DNA of 64,000 nt from Vulcanimicrobiota bacterium (lineage in GTDB: Bacteria; Vulcanimicrobiota; Vulcanimicrobiia; Eremiobacterales; Eremiobacteraceae): contig CAWETU010000001.1 in the NCBI GenBank assembly GCA_963812135.1, positions 384,001-448,000 on the forward strand, written 5' to 3'. The position numbers and the translations under genes were made by a program. Positions 10,675 to 21,466 of this stretch are shown one piece after another. The notes beneath the pieces are model-generated. The model made no database searches, had not been told where the DNA came from, and was given only the letters and a program-made list of their open reading frames with translations. Numbering within the stretch: the stretch's first letter is position 1; every line of letters begins with the position of its first letter.

Positions 10675-12033
10675 ATGATCGATTCGCTCGACGGCCTGTC
10701 CACACGGCTGGTCATCGACGGTGGCCGCCGGCTTGAGGGCGTGCTGCAGGCGCCCGGCGCCAAGAATGCGGCGCTGCCGATCATGGCCGCGTCGATACTC
10801 GCCGAGGGCGAGGTCGTGCTGCATCGCGTGCCGCGCATCACCGACGTCGACGTCATGACCGCGATCCTCGAGAGCCTTGGCGCGCGCGTGCGCGAGCAAT
10901 CCGGCGGCACGCTCATCATCGATACGTCGTCGGTGAATTCATTCGCAGCGCCGTACGCGCTCGTGAGCCGTCTCAACGCATCGTTCGACGTCACCGGCGC
11001 GCTGATCGCGCGTTTCGGTCGCGCCGAAGTGCCGCAACCCGGCGGCTGCGTCATCGGTCCGCGCGCGGTCGATCTCCATCTCAAGGGCTTCGAAGCGCTC
11101 GGCGTCGACATCAACCTCGAACACGGCGCGATCATCGCGAACGCGCAAGACGGGCTCGCCGGCGCGAACGTCACGTTGTCGAAGCGCTCGGTCGGCGCTA
11201 CCAAGAACATCATGCTCGCCGCGACCAAAGCGCGCGGCACCACCGTCATCGAGAACGCCGCACAGGAGCCGGAGGTCGTCGATCTCGCAGACTTCCTCAA
11301 CGCGCTCGGGGCGCGCATCCGCGGACAAGGCAGCCCGACGATCACCATCGACGGCGTGCGCAAGCTCCATGGCTGCGAGCACACGGTCATCCCAGATCGC
11401 ATCGTGGCCGGCACGTACCTCATCGCCGGCGCCATCACGGCCGGCGACGTCACGCTCGAGGGGCTGGACCCGACGATGGTCGAGGCGTTGAGCCTCAAGC
11501 TGCGCGCCACGGGCGCAACCGTCGACTCCCACGGCGTCAGCGTGCGCGTAAAGGGGATTCCTCTTTGGCAACCCGTCGACGTCGTGACGGCGCCATATCC
11601 GGGGTTCCCGACCGATATGCAAGCGCCGTTCGTCGCATATCTGAGTTTGGCAAAGGGAACGTCGCTCGTCGAAGAAACTATATTCGACGCGCGATTCGTC
11701 TACGTGAGCGAGCTCGCTCGCATGGGTGCGGACATCAAGGTCTCGGGTCGCAACGCAGTCGTCACCGGGGTCGACAAGCTCAAGGACGCGGTCGTCGAAG
11801 CGCCCGACATCAGAGCGGGCGGCGCACTTGTGCTGGCAGCCCTTGCGGCGCAAGGCACGTCGCAGATCGGCGGCTTGGAATTCGTGGATCGCGGCTACGA
11901 GTTCATCGAAGAGAAGCTGCGAGCGCTCGGCGCGTCGGCGATGCGCGTGAGCGGACTCGCGCCCGTGCTGCCGCGCGCGGACATCACCGTGACGGAGACG
12001 CTGCCCCGGGTAGTGACGCCGTTCGCACCATGA
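10675..12033 (+). CDS. murA: UDP-N-acetylglucosamine 1-carboxyvinyltransferase
   Basis: GAKNAALP, PGGCVIGPR (catalytic Cys), EPEVVDL, PGFPTDMQ, DIRAG, DRGY. Confidence 0.97.
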   Translation: MIDSLDGLSTRLVIDGGRRLEGVLQAPGAKNAALPIMAASILAEGEVVLHRVPRITDVDVMTAILESLGARVREQSGGTLIIDTSSVNSFAAPYALVSRLNASFDVTGALIARFGRAEVPQPGGCVIGPRAVDLHLKGFEALGVDINLEHGAIIANAQDGLAGANVTLSKRSVGATKNIMLAATKARGTTVIENAAQEPEVVDLADFLNALGARIRGQGSPTITIDGVRKLHGCEHTVIPDRIVAGTYLIAGAITAGDVTLEGLDPTMVEALSLKLRATGATVDSHGVSVRVKGIPLWQPVDVVTAPYPGFPTDMQAPFVAYLSLAKGTSLVEETIFDARFVYVSELARMGADIKVSGRNAVVTGVDKLKDAVVEAPDIRAGGALVLAALAAQGTSQIGGLEFVDRGYEFIEEKLRALGASAMRVSGLAPVLPRADITVTETLPRVVTPFAP

Positions 12034-12058
12034 CGGTCGAGTGAGCTCGACCGCTACA
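12033..12058 (-). repeat. GTAG-type REP-like palindrome, copy 2
   Basis: ACGGTCGAGTGAGCTCGACCGCTACA; same arms as copy 1 with a different loop. Confidence 0.7.
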
Positions 12059-12065
12059 GATATAA

Positions 12066-13073
<1,008 letters not shown>

Positions 13074-13082
13074 AGGGGGCGA

Positions 13083-13892
13083 ATGATGAAATTCTCTTTC
13101 GTGTCTCGCGCATTGATTATCGTGGGCGCGGCGCTCGCATTCGCCGCTGCGGCCGGCGCGCCGTCGTCTGCGGACTCATTGTCGAACATCCGCACTCGCG
13201 GCACGCTCAACATCGGCGTCAAGGCCGATGTGATCGGCTTCGCGTATCTCAACCCGAAGACGGAGCACTATGAGGGATACGAGATCGATATCGCCCACGA
13301 GCTCGCCAAGCGGCTGCTCGGCGATCCGAACAAGATCTCTTTCACCGCCGTGACGCCCGGCACGCGTGGCACGCTGCTCGACAGCGGCGATGTGGACATG
13401 CTCATCGCGACCTTCAGCGTGACGCCGGAACGCAAGATCGTGTTCAATTTCAGCCCGCCGTACTACACGGACGGCATCGGACTGCTCGTGCCCAAGATGT
13501 CAGGCGTGAAAGGTCTGTCGGATCTGAGCGGCAAGCCGATCGGCATCGCCAAAGACACCGACACCGCCAGCTCGCTCATGGCCAAGGCCGGCACGGACAC
13601 ATTGTTGACCTTTGCGGCGTTCGACACGTACGGTCAAGTGCTCTCGGCGCTCGAGAACGGCAAAGTGCAAGCGTTCTCGACGGATGCGTCGATCCTCAAG
13701 TCGTATGCGCAGCAAGATCCGCGCATGATCGTGCTGCCTGCGCGCTACAGCAGCGAGCCCTACGGCGTCGCGACGAAAAAAGGCGACGACGCGCTCGCGA
13801 AGTGGGTCGCGGATCAGATCACCGATATGGACAAGTCAGGCATGCTCGCCACGTGGCAGCGCACGTGGGGGATTTCTCAAAGCGCTCGCTAA
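13083..13892 (+). CDS. Amino-acid ABC transporter substrate-binding protein (family 3, PEB1a/GlnH-like)
   Basis: Signal peptide; GYEIDIA, ATFSVTPERK, FSPPYY, EPYGVA; no permease genes adjacent. Confidence 0.88.
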   Translation: MMKFSFVSRALIIVGAALAFAAAAGAPSSADSLSNIRTRGTLNIGVKADVIGFAYLNPKTEHYEGYEIDIAHELAKRLLGDPNKISFTAVTPGTRGTLLDSGDVDMLIATFSVTPERKIVFNFSPPYYTDGIGLLVPKMSGVKGLSDLSGKPIGIAKDTDTASSLMAKAGTDTLLTFAAFDTYGQVLSALENGKVQAFSTDASILKSYAQQDPRMIVLPARYSSEPYGVATKKGDDALAKWVADQITDMDKSGMLATWQRTWGISQSAR

Positions 13893-13918
13893 GAGCGGGC
13901 GCCCTCGTGGCGTGAGTC

Positions 13919-14113
13919 TTAGGCGGCGGAGCGCAGCCGGCGCACGATGCTCGCGCCCGCGCGCATGACGCGCCGGCGGGCCCGCTCGACCCGGCTTGTG
14001 GCTTTGCGACGGAATTCGTGGCCGACGCCGATCGGCACGAGCGCCGAGTAGACCGCCGTCAGGACGACGCCGAGCCCGGCGTAGAATAGCAGGCCGCGAA
14101 AGCGGGACATCAT
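13919..14113 (-). CDS. Small hypothetical protein, 64 aa, N-terminal TM and Arg-rich tail
   Basis: MMSRFRGLLFYAGLGVVLTAVYSALVPIG; purine-rich GGAAAAGAG upstream; fills the intergenic gap. Confidence 0.55.
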   Translation of the reverse strand: MMSRFRGLLFYAGLGVVLTAVYSALVPIGVGHEFRRKATSRVERARRRVMRAGASIVRRLRSAA

Positions 14114-14170
14114 GGCAATCTCTTTTCCAAATGCGCGACGTCGCCCTCCGGCCGCAGAACCGTACCTGCG

Positions 14171-14785
14171 ATGCGGGTAGTACGTACGACGGGCGTTCCA
14201 GACGGCGCAACGCTGAGCGATGCGGCCGCCTGCATCGCCGGCGGCGGCACGCTGATATTCCCGACCGAAACCGTCTATGGGATCGGGTGCGCACCGGACG
14301 ACGGCGACGCGGTCGCCGCCATCTTTCGCGCCAAACGCAGACCCGCCGACAAGCCGCTGGCGATCCACTTCGCATGGCCTGAGCAGGCCGCGCAATTCGC
14401 GCGCGTGCTCACGCCGAGCGCTCGGCGCATCATCGAACGGTTGTGGCCCGGACCTGTGGCGATCGTCGTCGAGCGCGCGCCGGACACCGCGCGCGCGGCC
14501 GCGCTCGGCGGACCGACCATCTCGCTGCGTTGTCCGGACGACGCGGCATGCGCCGCGATCTTGCGCGCGACCGGCCCGCTCGCCGCCACATCGGCCAACA
14601 TCTCCGATCAACCGGCGTATGACGGCGAGCAAGCGGAGCTCGACGCGCTGCCGGACGCGACGCTTGCGATCATCACAGGGCCGACTCGTCTGCGGCAAGA
14701 AAGCACGGTGGTTGATTGCACCGGTGACATGCCGCGCATCCTGCGCCTCGGCGTCGTGGACGAGGCGACGATCGCATCCGCTTGA
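14171..14785 (+). CDS. tsaC: L-threonylcarbamoyladenylate synthase (TsaC/YrdC)
   Basis: FPTETVYGIG, KRRPADKPL, WPGP, TSANIS, STVVD. Confidence 0.93.
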   Translation: MRVVRTTGVPDGATLSDAAACIAGGGTLIFPTETVYGIGCAPDDGDAVAAIFRAKRRPADKPLAIHFAWPEQAAQFARVLTPSARRIIERLWPGPVAIVVERAPDTARAAALGGPTISLRCPDDAACAAILRATGPLAATSANISDQPAYDGEQAELDALPDATLAIITGPTRLRQESTVVDCTGDMPRILRLGVVDEATIASA

Positions 14786-14798
14786 GTAGCACTGCGCC

Positions 14799-16644
14799 AT
14801 GAGAACCAGACGGCTCATCGCCGCGAGCCTCGCGCTGGCGGTCGCGTTGGGCGTGATGCCGCGCGCCGCGCGCGCCGATCTGCAGATCGGCCGTTTCTCC
14901 GTGCAGTTCCGCAACTCGAACTACAATCTGAAGACCGGCGATATCGTGCTCACGGGCGGCGTGAGCGGCAAAGGACCGGACGGCGACTTCCGCGCGGACC
15001 GCGCGTTCGGCAACCGCGAACGCCAAGAGATCACCCTTGTCGGCAACGTCGTCGCGCATCGCAAGACCGCGACCGCGCCGGTCGAGTTGCGCAGCGACAC
15101 GGCGACGATCGACGAGCGCAGCCGCACGTATATCGCCACAGGCAACGTCAGCGCCATCGTCGGTCCGCGAACGATGAGCGCCGACTCGATGCGCCTCGAC
15201 GATGCCGCGCACGTGTTCACCCTGAACGGTAACGTGCATATCACCGAGCCGCCCGGACGGTCGCTGACGACCGGCGAGTTGGTCTATCATGACGATACCG
15301 GCGACATACAGGTGCCCGGCCCGTTGAGCGGCACGATGGAGAACGGCGATTTTCGTGCCGACGGCGCTGCGGGCAACGTGAAGACTCGGCAGCGTCACGC
15401 TCACCGGCGGTGTGGTCGTGCATTCCGGCGCCGCGAACGGCCCGAGCAAAGAGCCAATCGCGTTGTACGCGGACGTGCTGCACTACGACGGGCAAGCCAA
15501 GACGATCACCGCGACGGGCGACGTGAAGGTCGAGCAAGGCACGCAGGTCGTCACCGCACCGGTGCTGCGCCTCGACAACGCGACCGGCGACCTCCATCTC
15601 AGCGGCGGCGTGCACGGCGAACAGCCGCCCGATCGCAGCTTCGACACCAAAGAGCTGACGTATAACGTCAATAGCGGCGCGATCACCGTGCCCGGCCCGA
15701 TCAAAGGCCGCGCGCGCGAGGGCGACTTCGCGGCGGACGTCGTGCACGGCAACATGAAACTGCGCGTGTACGACCTGCTCGGCCACGCCATCGTGCGCAC
15801 GTCAGGCAAGGGCGCCAAGACACAGGACCGCACGCCGACCGCGTTGTCCGCCGACCACATCCACATCGACGAACTTGCTAAACGTTACGTCGCCGACGGC
15901 AACGCGACAGTGGCGCAGGCCGACCGAACGGTGAGCGCGCCGCTGCTGACCTTCGACGACAAGATCCACGTCGTCAAGATGACCGGCGGCGTGCACGCCA
16001 CGGAACAGCCGGATCGCAGCGCGGACACGGCCGAGGTCATCTATCACACCGACACGGGCCAGGTCAGCGCCCCATCGCAGATCGCAGGCCGTTCAAGCAC
16101 CGACGCGTTTCGCGCCGATCGCGCGATCGGCAATACGAAGACCGACATCTACGATCTCGAAGGCAACGTCGTGATGCGCCGCCAGACGCCGCGCGATAAA
16201 GACCCGACGGTCTTGACCGCGCGCGACGTGCGGATCAACGGCAAGGCGAAGACGTACACGGCGACTGGTCAGCCCAAAATAGTGCAAGGCACGAGCACGA
16301 CGACCGCACAGATCATCACGTTCAACGACGCCACGAACACCGCGCACATGAGCGGCGGTGTGCACGCCGAACAGCCGGGCGGCCGGACATTCGACACGCC
16401 GGAGCTGACCTACAATACCAAGAGCGACGATTTCAAGATGCTCGGCGGCATCACCGCGATCTTCCCGTTGTCGAAGCCGACTCCGACACCCACGCCATTT
16501 CCGTCGCCGAACAGCAGCCTCTCGCCGCAAGTGCCGTCGCCGTTCTCAAACACTTCGACGCCCGCCCAGTACGCGACGCCGTCGCCGACGCCGCCTCCGA
16601 CCCCGACGCCAAGCCCCACGCCGTCGGCGTCACCGACGCATTAG
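14799..16644 (+). CDS. LptA/OstA-family repeat protein (about 614 aa once a +1 frameshift near 15386 is removed)
   Basis: Signal peptide; four repeats starting GDFRAD/GDFAAD/DAFRAD with ATGNV and GGVH motifs; Pro/Thr/Ser tail; ORFs 14799 and 15412 join at KT/GSVTLTGGVVV. Confidence 0.75.
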
Positions 16645-17924
16645 GGTTCGAAGAATTTCCGGTCCTTGAGCTCGTCCGGCAGGTGCTGCTGGTCGATTTT
16701 CGCATCGGGAAAATCGTGCGCGTACTGGTAGTCCTTGCCGTAACCGAGCTGCTTCATGAGGCCGGTCGCCGCGTTGCGTAGATGCAGCGGCACCGGCAAC
16801 GTGCCCGTCTCTTCGATCGCTTGCTGGGCGGCGCCGTACGCGCGCAAGCCGGAGTTGCTCTTCTTCGCGAGCGCAAGATAGAGCGTCGCTTCGACGAGCG
16901 GGAACATCGCTTCAGGCATGCCGATGGCGTGCGTGGCGTAATGCGCCGCGGTCGCTATCGGCAGCGCTTGCGGGTCACCAAGACCGACGTCTTCGCCGGC
17001 GAGGATCACCAGACGCCGGGCGATGAACATCGGGTCCTCGCCCGCCTCGAGAATGCGCGCGAGCCAGTAGACTGCCGCGTCCGGATCGCTGCCGCGAACC
17101 GACTTGATGAACGCGGAGATCAGATCGTAGTGCTCGTCGCCGGCGCGATCGTATCGCAACGCCCGACGCTGCATCGCCTCTTCGACATCGCGTGGTCCGA
17201 TGACCGGTGCGCCAGGATCGCGATTCGACGCGATCTCAAAAGCGAGCTCCAACGCGTTGAGCGCCGAGCGCGCATCACCATCCGCAAGCGCGATGAGCTT
17301 CGAACGCGCGTCGGCGTCGAGCCGCGCCGCACCGGCGAGACCACGCTCGGGGTCGGCGAGCGCGCGGTCGATGATCGCGCCGATCTCCTCGGCTCCGAGC
17401 TGGCTGAGCACGAACACGCGGCTGCGTGAGAGCAGTGCGCTATTCACCTCGAACGACGGGTTCTCGGTGGTCGCGCCGATGAACGTGATGTCGCCGCGCT
17501 CGACGTTCGGCAGGATCGCGTCTTGCTGCGCCTTGTTGAAGCGATGGATCTCATCGATGAACACGATCGTGCCGCCGCGCGCGCGCACGCGGCGCGCATC
17601 GGCGACGATGCGGCGCAGATCGGCGACGCCGGCGCTGACCGCTGAGAGCGCGACGAAGCGTGCACCAACGGCTTTCGCGGCGAGGCGCGCGAGCGTCGTC
17701 TTGCCGCTGCCGGGCGGTCCCCACAGCACGAGCGACGGGATCTTGCGTTGCTCGATCGCGGTGCGCAACGCGGTGCGCGGTCCGATGATGCGTTGCTGGC
17801 CGACGAACTCGTCGAGCGTGCGCGGACGCATGCGCGCGGCCAAAGGCGCGCCCGCGGGCAATGGCTCGTCGCCGCTCTCGCTCGCCGTCGGCGTCGTTTC
17901 GAACAGACGCGGTTCGTCAGCCAT
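16641..17924 (-). CDS. rarA: Replication-associated recombination protein A (MgsA/RarA AAA+ ATPase)
   Basis: PLAARMRP, GPPGSGKTT, IDEIHRFNKAQQD, ATTENPSF, SAFIKSVRGSD. Confidence 0.97.
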   Translation of the reverse strand: MADEPRLFETTPTASESGDEPLPAGAPLAARMRPRTLDEFVGQQRIIGPRTALRTAIEQRKIPSLVLWGPPGSGKTTLARLAAKAVGARFVALSAVSAGVADLRRIVADARRVRARGGTIVFIDEIHRFNKAQQDAILPNVERGDITFIGATTENPSFEVNSALLSRSRVFVLSQLGAEEIGAIIDRALADPERGLAGAARLDADARSKLIALADGDARSALNALELAFEIASNRDPGAPVIGPRDVEEAMQRRALRYDRAGDEHYDLISAFIKSVRGSDPDAAVYWLARILEAGEDPMFIARRLVILAGEDVGLGDPQALPIATAAHYATHAIGMPEAMFPLVEATLYLALAKKSNSGLRAYGAAQQAIEETGTLPVPLHLRNAATGLMKQLGYGKDYQYAHDFPDAKIDQQHLPDELKDRKFFEP

Positions 17925-17933
17925 GCGTGCTGC

Positions 17934-18671
17934 TCAACGCCGCAGGGCGGCGACGGTGCGCATCCAGCTCAGGATCTCGCCGACGGTGACTTTGGACACG
18001 CCCCGCTCCCGGTTCCGGAACGCGATCGGCACTTCGACGATGCGCGCGCCGGCAGCCGCGGATTCGTAGAGCAGCTCCGGCACCATCGAGTAGCCGGTGG
18101 AGCGCAGCGTATCGAGACGCATGCGGCGCAAGAGCGCAGCAGAATACAACCGAAAGCCGGACGTGCAATCGCGGATGCGCAGGCGCAACATCGCACGCGC
18201 CATGCCGTTGGCCACCGAGCTGTTCAATTTGCGCGCCATCGAGAAATTTTCGACCGTGCCGCCCGGCGCGTAGCGCGACCCGATCACCAGGTCCGCGTCG
18301 CCGCGATCGAGGTGCGCGATCATCGCAGGCAATTCGGCGGGATCGTGCGAGCCATCCGCATCCATCGTGGCGATCGCGCCATAGCCCGCCTCAAGACCGT
18401 AACGGAAACCGGCGACGTACGCCGTGCCAAGGCCCAGCTTGCCTGACCGTTTGACGAGTGCGACGCGCGGCTCGTTGACGCGCATCGACTCGACGAGTTC
18501 GCCGGTGCCATCGGGCGATGCGTCATCGACCACGAGCGCATCGGCGCGCGGCGACGCCGCGAGCACTGCCTGCACCGTGGCGCGGATGTTGTCGCGTTCT
18601 TGATACGTCGGCAGCACCACCAAGCAACGCTGCGCGGTCGCCGGATCCGGAGAAGTCACGGGCTCAAGCAT
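17934..18671 (-). CDS. Polyprenol monophosphomannose synthase (GT2, Ppm1/DPM1-like)
   Basis: VVLPTYQERDNI, VDDASPDGT, KLGLGTAY, MDADGSH, DCTSGFR; start inferred at ATG 18671. Confidence 0.9.
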   Translation of the reverse strand: MLEPVTSPDPATAQRCLVVLPTYQERDNIRATVQAVLAASPRADALVVDDASPDGTGELVESMRVNEPRVALVKRSGKLGLGTAYVAGFRYGLEAGYGAIATMDADGSHDPAELPAMIAHLDRGDADLVIGSRYAPGGTVENFSMARKLNSSVANGMARAMLRLRIRDCTSGFRLYSAALLRRMRLDTLRSTGYSMVPELLYESAAAGARIVEVPIAFRNRERGVSKVTVGEILSWMRTVAALRR

Positions 18672-18713
18672 TCGGCGCCGGGGTTCGCCCGACCCCGCCG
18701 CGAAACAGCGCGT

Positions 18714-19907
18714 GTGACCGTCTATCTCGACAATGCCGCCACCACCGCGCTCCACCCGCAAGCGCTCGACGCGATGCTGCCGTTCCTGCGCGCCGACTAC
18801 GCGAATCCCTCGAGCCCGCACGCGTCTGGACAGCGCGTGCGGCGCGCGCTCGACGATGCCCGCGAGCGCACGGCGGCGGCGATCGGCGCTCGTCCGGAAG
18901 AGATCGTGTTCACCGGCAGCGGGTCCGAAGCGGACAGTCTCGCGATCTTTGGGGTGCTCGCGCGCGGTGCGCCCGGTCGCTTCATCACCACCGCCATCGA
19001 ACATCACGCGGTGTTGCACGCCGCCGACGTGCTGCGCGAACGCGGACTTGAGGTCACCGTCGTGCCCGTCGACCAGCACGGAGTCGTCGTCGAGCCGGCG
19101 CTCGTCGAAGCGCTGCGTGCCGGCGATCGAGATCGCAAGACCACATTGGTCAGCATCATGCACGCGAACAACGAGATCGGCACGATTCAGAACATCGCAC
19201 GGCTCGCCGCGCTCGCGCACGAACACGGCGCGCTGGTGCACACCGACGCGGTGCAAACGGCAGGTCATATCCCGCTCGACGTCAAGGCGCTCGGCATCGA
19301 CGCGCTTTCGATGTCCGCGCACAAGTTCGAAGGACCAAAGGGTACCGGCGTGTTGTACCTGCGCGATGGGGTGAAGCCCGCGCCGCTCATCGTCGGCGGC
19401 GCGCAAGAAGGCGGGCGGCGCGCGGGCACGGAGAACGTCGCCGGCATCGTCGGTCTCTCGGTGGCGCTCGACCTCGCTACGAAGAATGTCGAAGGGCAAG
19501 CGGCCGTGACGCGCGCGTTACGCGACCGGCTCATCGATAAGGTTCTCGAAGAGATCCCCCACGCGTTCCTCAACGGCGCGCCACGCGAACGTCTTCCCAA
19601 CAATGCGAGCTTGCGATTCGACGGCATCGAAGGTCAGACGGTGGTGCTGGCGCTGGACGTCGCCGGCTTCGAAGTGTCGACCGGCAGCGCGTGCACGTCC
19701 GGCTCGCTCGAACCGTCGCACGTCCTGAGCGCCATCGGGCTGGATGCGAGGCAGGCCCGGGGCACAGTCCGCTTTTCGCTCGGCCGGACGACATCGGCGA
19801 GCGACGTCGAGCGTTTGCTTGGGGCGTTACCGGGTATCATAGAGAAGTTACGCGCGCTTGCAGGCGCGCTCGTACTTGGGGGAGGTCCTTCGCACACCCG
19901 AGAATGA
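18714..19907 (+). CDS. iscS: Cysteine desulfurase (IscS/NifS family)
   Basis: YLDNAATT, ANNEIGTIQ, HTDAVQ, SAHKFEGPKG, STGSACTS. Confidence 0.95.
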   Translation: MTVYLDNAATTALHPQALDAMLPFLRADYANPSSPHASGQRVRRALDDARERTAAAIGARPEEIVFTGSGSEADSLAIFGVLARGAPGRFITTAIEHHAVLHAADVLRERGLEVTVVPVDQHGVVVEPALVEALRAGDRDRKTTLVSIMHANNEIGTIQNIARLAALAHEHGALVHTDAVQTAGHIPLDVKALGIDALSMSAHKFEGPKGTGVLYLRDGVKPAPLIVGGAQEGGRRAGTENVAGIVGLSVALDLATKNVEGQAAVTRALRDRLIDKVLEEIPHAFLNGAPRERLPNNASLRFDGIEGQTVVLALDVAGFEVSTGSACTSGSLEPSHVLSAIGLDARQARGTVRFSLGRTTSASDVERLLGALPGIIEKLRALAGALVLGGGPSHTRE

Positions 19908-19920
19908 CTGGGGTCCTCGC

Positions 19921-20322
19921 ATGAGCACGCAAGATTTCATGTGGCTGGCAATCGGGCTCGCCAGCCTCATCATCGCCGGGAGCCTCGCATTCGTCTTCAT
20001 CCGCATGGGGATGCTGCTGACGCGGGCGGAGGCGACGCTTGCCAAAGCGGATGCGAAGCTCGACCAGCTCGACGTGCCCGTCATGAAGACGCTGGATCAT
20101 ATCGGCGGCATCGCCGACAGCGTGGACAGCATGGTCGCCCGCGTTGATCGCGTGACCGCGGTCGCGGAGCGAGCCGCAGGCGCGGTCGACAAAGCGACCG
20201 ATGCGGCCAGCGCGAGCATCGCGCCGACGGTCGCCAAGATCGCCAGCTTGATCGCCGGCGTTAGCGCCGGCGCGCGCGCATTCCTCACCCGCGCGCGCGG
20301 CAAGGACAACGGATCGAATTGA
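19921..20322 (+). CDS. DUF948/YtxG-like membrane-anchored coiled-coil protein
   Basis: N-terminal TM, then heptad-like helix; precedes a YtxH-like gene. Confidence 0.7.
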   Translation: MSTQDFMWLAIGLASLIIAGSLAFVFIRMGMLLTRAEATLAKADAKLDQLDVPVMKTLDHIGGIADSVDSMVARVDRVTAVAERAAGAVDKATDAASASIAPTVAKIASLIAGVSAGARAFLTRARGKDNGSN

Positions 20323-20336
20323 AGGAGAGACAACAC

Positions 20337-20681
20337 ATGGATAACGACAACAGCAACTCCGGCGTCGGATTCCTCTCAGGACTCGTGATCGGCGCGTTCG
20401 CCGGCGCAGTGCTCGCGCTCGTGCTCGCGCCCCAAACGGGCGAGGAGACGCGCGAGTTGATCTCAGGCAAGGCGCAAGAGGCGCGCGGCAAGGCGCTCGA
20501 TATGGCCTCAGACCTGCGAGACCTCGCCAATCAGCTCGCCGACGATCTGCGCAAGCAGGCCGAGGAGCTCGCGAAGAAGACGCGCACGGCGTACGAGACG
20601 ACCGCCAAGCGCGCCGACAACGCGGTGAGCGCGGCGAAGCACGCCGCCCAGTCCAAGATCGACGAGATCCAGAACGGTTAG
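20337..20681 (+). CDS. YtxH domain-containing protein
   Basis: GFLSGLVIGAFAGAVLALVLAPQTGEETR; AAGGAG RBS. Confidence 0.88.
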   Translation: MDNDNSNSGVGFLSGLVIGAFAGAVLALVLAPQTGEETRELISGKAQEARGKALDMASDLRDLANQLADDLRKQAEELAKKTRTAYETTAKRADNAVSAAKHAAQSKIDEIQNG

Positions 20682-20688
20682 GGCGGGC

Positions 20689-21036
20689 GTGGATATCAAC
20701 GTCGACGTCAAGGAAGTCCCTGGCAAGAACGGGGTGCGCGTCGTCGATCTCAACGGCGAGATCGACGTCTACACCTCGCCGCGCGTCAAGGAGACGATCA
20801 GCGAGCTGATCGATCAGGGCCACTACGACCTGATCATCAATCTTGAGAACGTCCGCTATATCGATTCGACGGGTTTGGGCGTGCTGATCGGCGGCCTCAA
20901 GCGCGTCCGCGAGCACAGCGGCACCGTGAATCTCGTCTGCACGAATCCGCAGATCAAGAAGATCTTCGACATCACCGGCCTCGTGAAGATCTTCGGCATC
21001 TATGACTCCGAGGCCAACGCGAGCGCATCGCTATGA
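20689..21036 (+). CDS. rsbV: Anti-sigma factor antagonist (STAS, RsbV/SpoIIAA type)
   Basis: GEIDVYTSP, YIDSTGLGVL phospho-Ser motif, IFDITGL. Confidence 0.93.
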   Translation: MDINVDVKEVPGKNGVRVVDLNGEIDVYTSPRVKETISELIDQGHYDLIINLENVRYIDSTGLGVLIGGLKRVREHSGTVNLVCTNPQIKKIFDITGLVKIFGIYDSEANASASL

Positions 21037-21458
21037 TCTCACCGCAGGACGCGCGGGTGGAGAGCAGCATCGAGCTGCGGCTCCCCGCGAAAGCGGAGTG
21101 GGTGGGAGTCGCGCGCCTCGCGATCGCCGGCATCGCGAGCCGTCTCGGTCTCGACATGGAAGAGATCGACGATCTGAAGCTTGCGGTGTCCGAGGCGTGC
21201 AACAACTGCATCCAGTTCGCGCATGCCGGCGACGAGGTGCTGATCACCAACACCATCTATCCCGACCGGCTCGTGGTCACGGTTCGGGATCGCGTCGACG
21301 CAAGCGCCGCGGGCCTCACACAACGCCGCCTTGGCGCGGCCAAAGAAGGCGGCTTGGGCGTCTTCTTGATCCGGACGCTGATGGACGAGGTCAGCTATGA
21401 GACCGATGCGCGCACCGGATCGCGTCTCACGATGACCAAACGCCTCAAGAAATCGTAG
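21033..21458 (+). CDS. rsbW: Anti-sigma factor / Ser kinase (RsbW type)
   Basis: DLKLAVSEACNN, EGGLGVFLIRTLMDEV. Confidence 0.9.
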   Translation: MISPQDARVESSIELRLPAKAEWVGVARLAIAGIASRLGLDMEEIDDLKLAVSEACNNCIQFAHAGDEVLITNTIYPDRLVVTVRDRVDASAAGLTQRRLGAAKEGGLGVFLIRTLMDEVSYETDARTGSRLTMTKRLKKS

Positions 21459-21466
21459 GACCGCGC

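Noticed and set aside
17934..19499. Apparent 521-aa N-terminally extended glycosyltransferase
   Set aside because: The extension is the antisense of iscS; the GT2 domain begins near 18671
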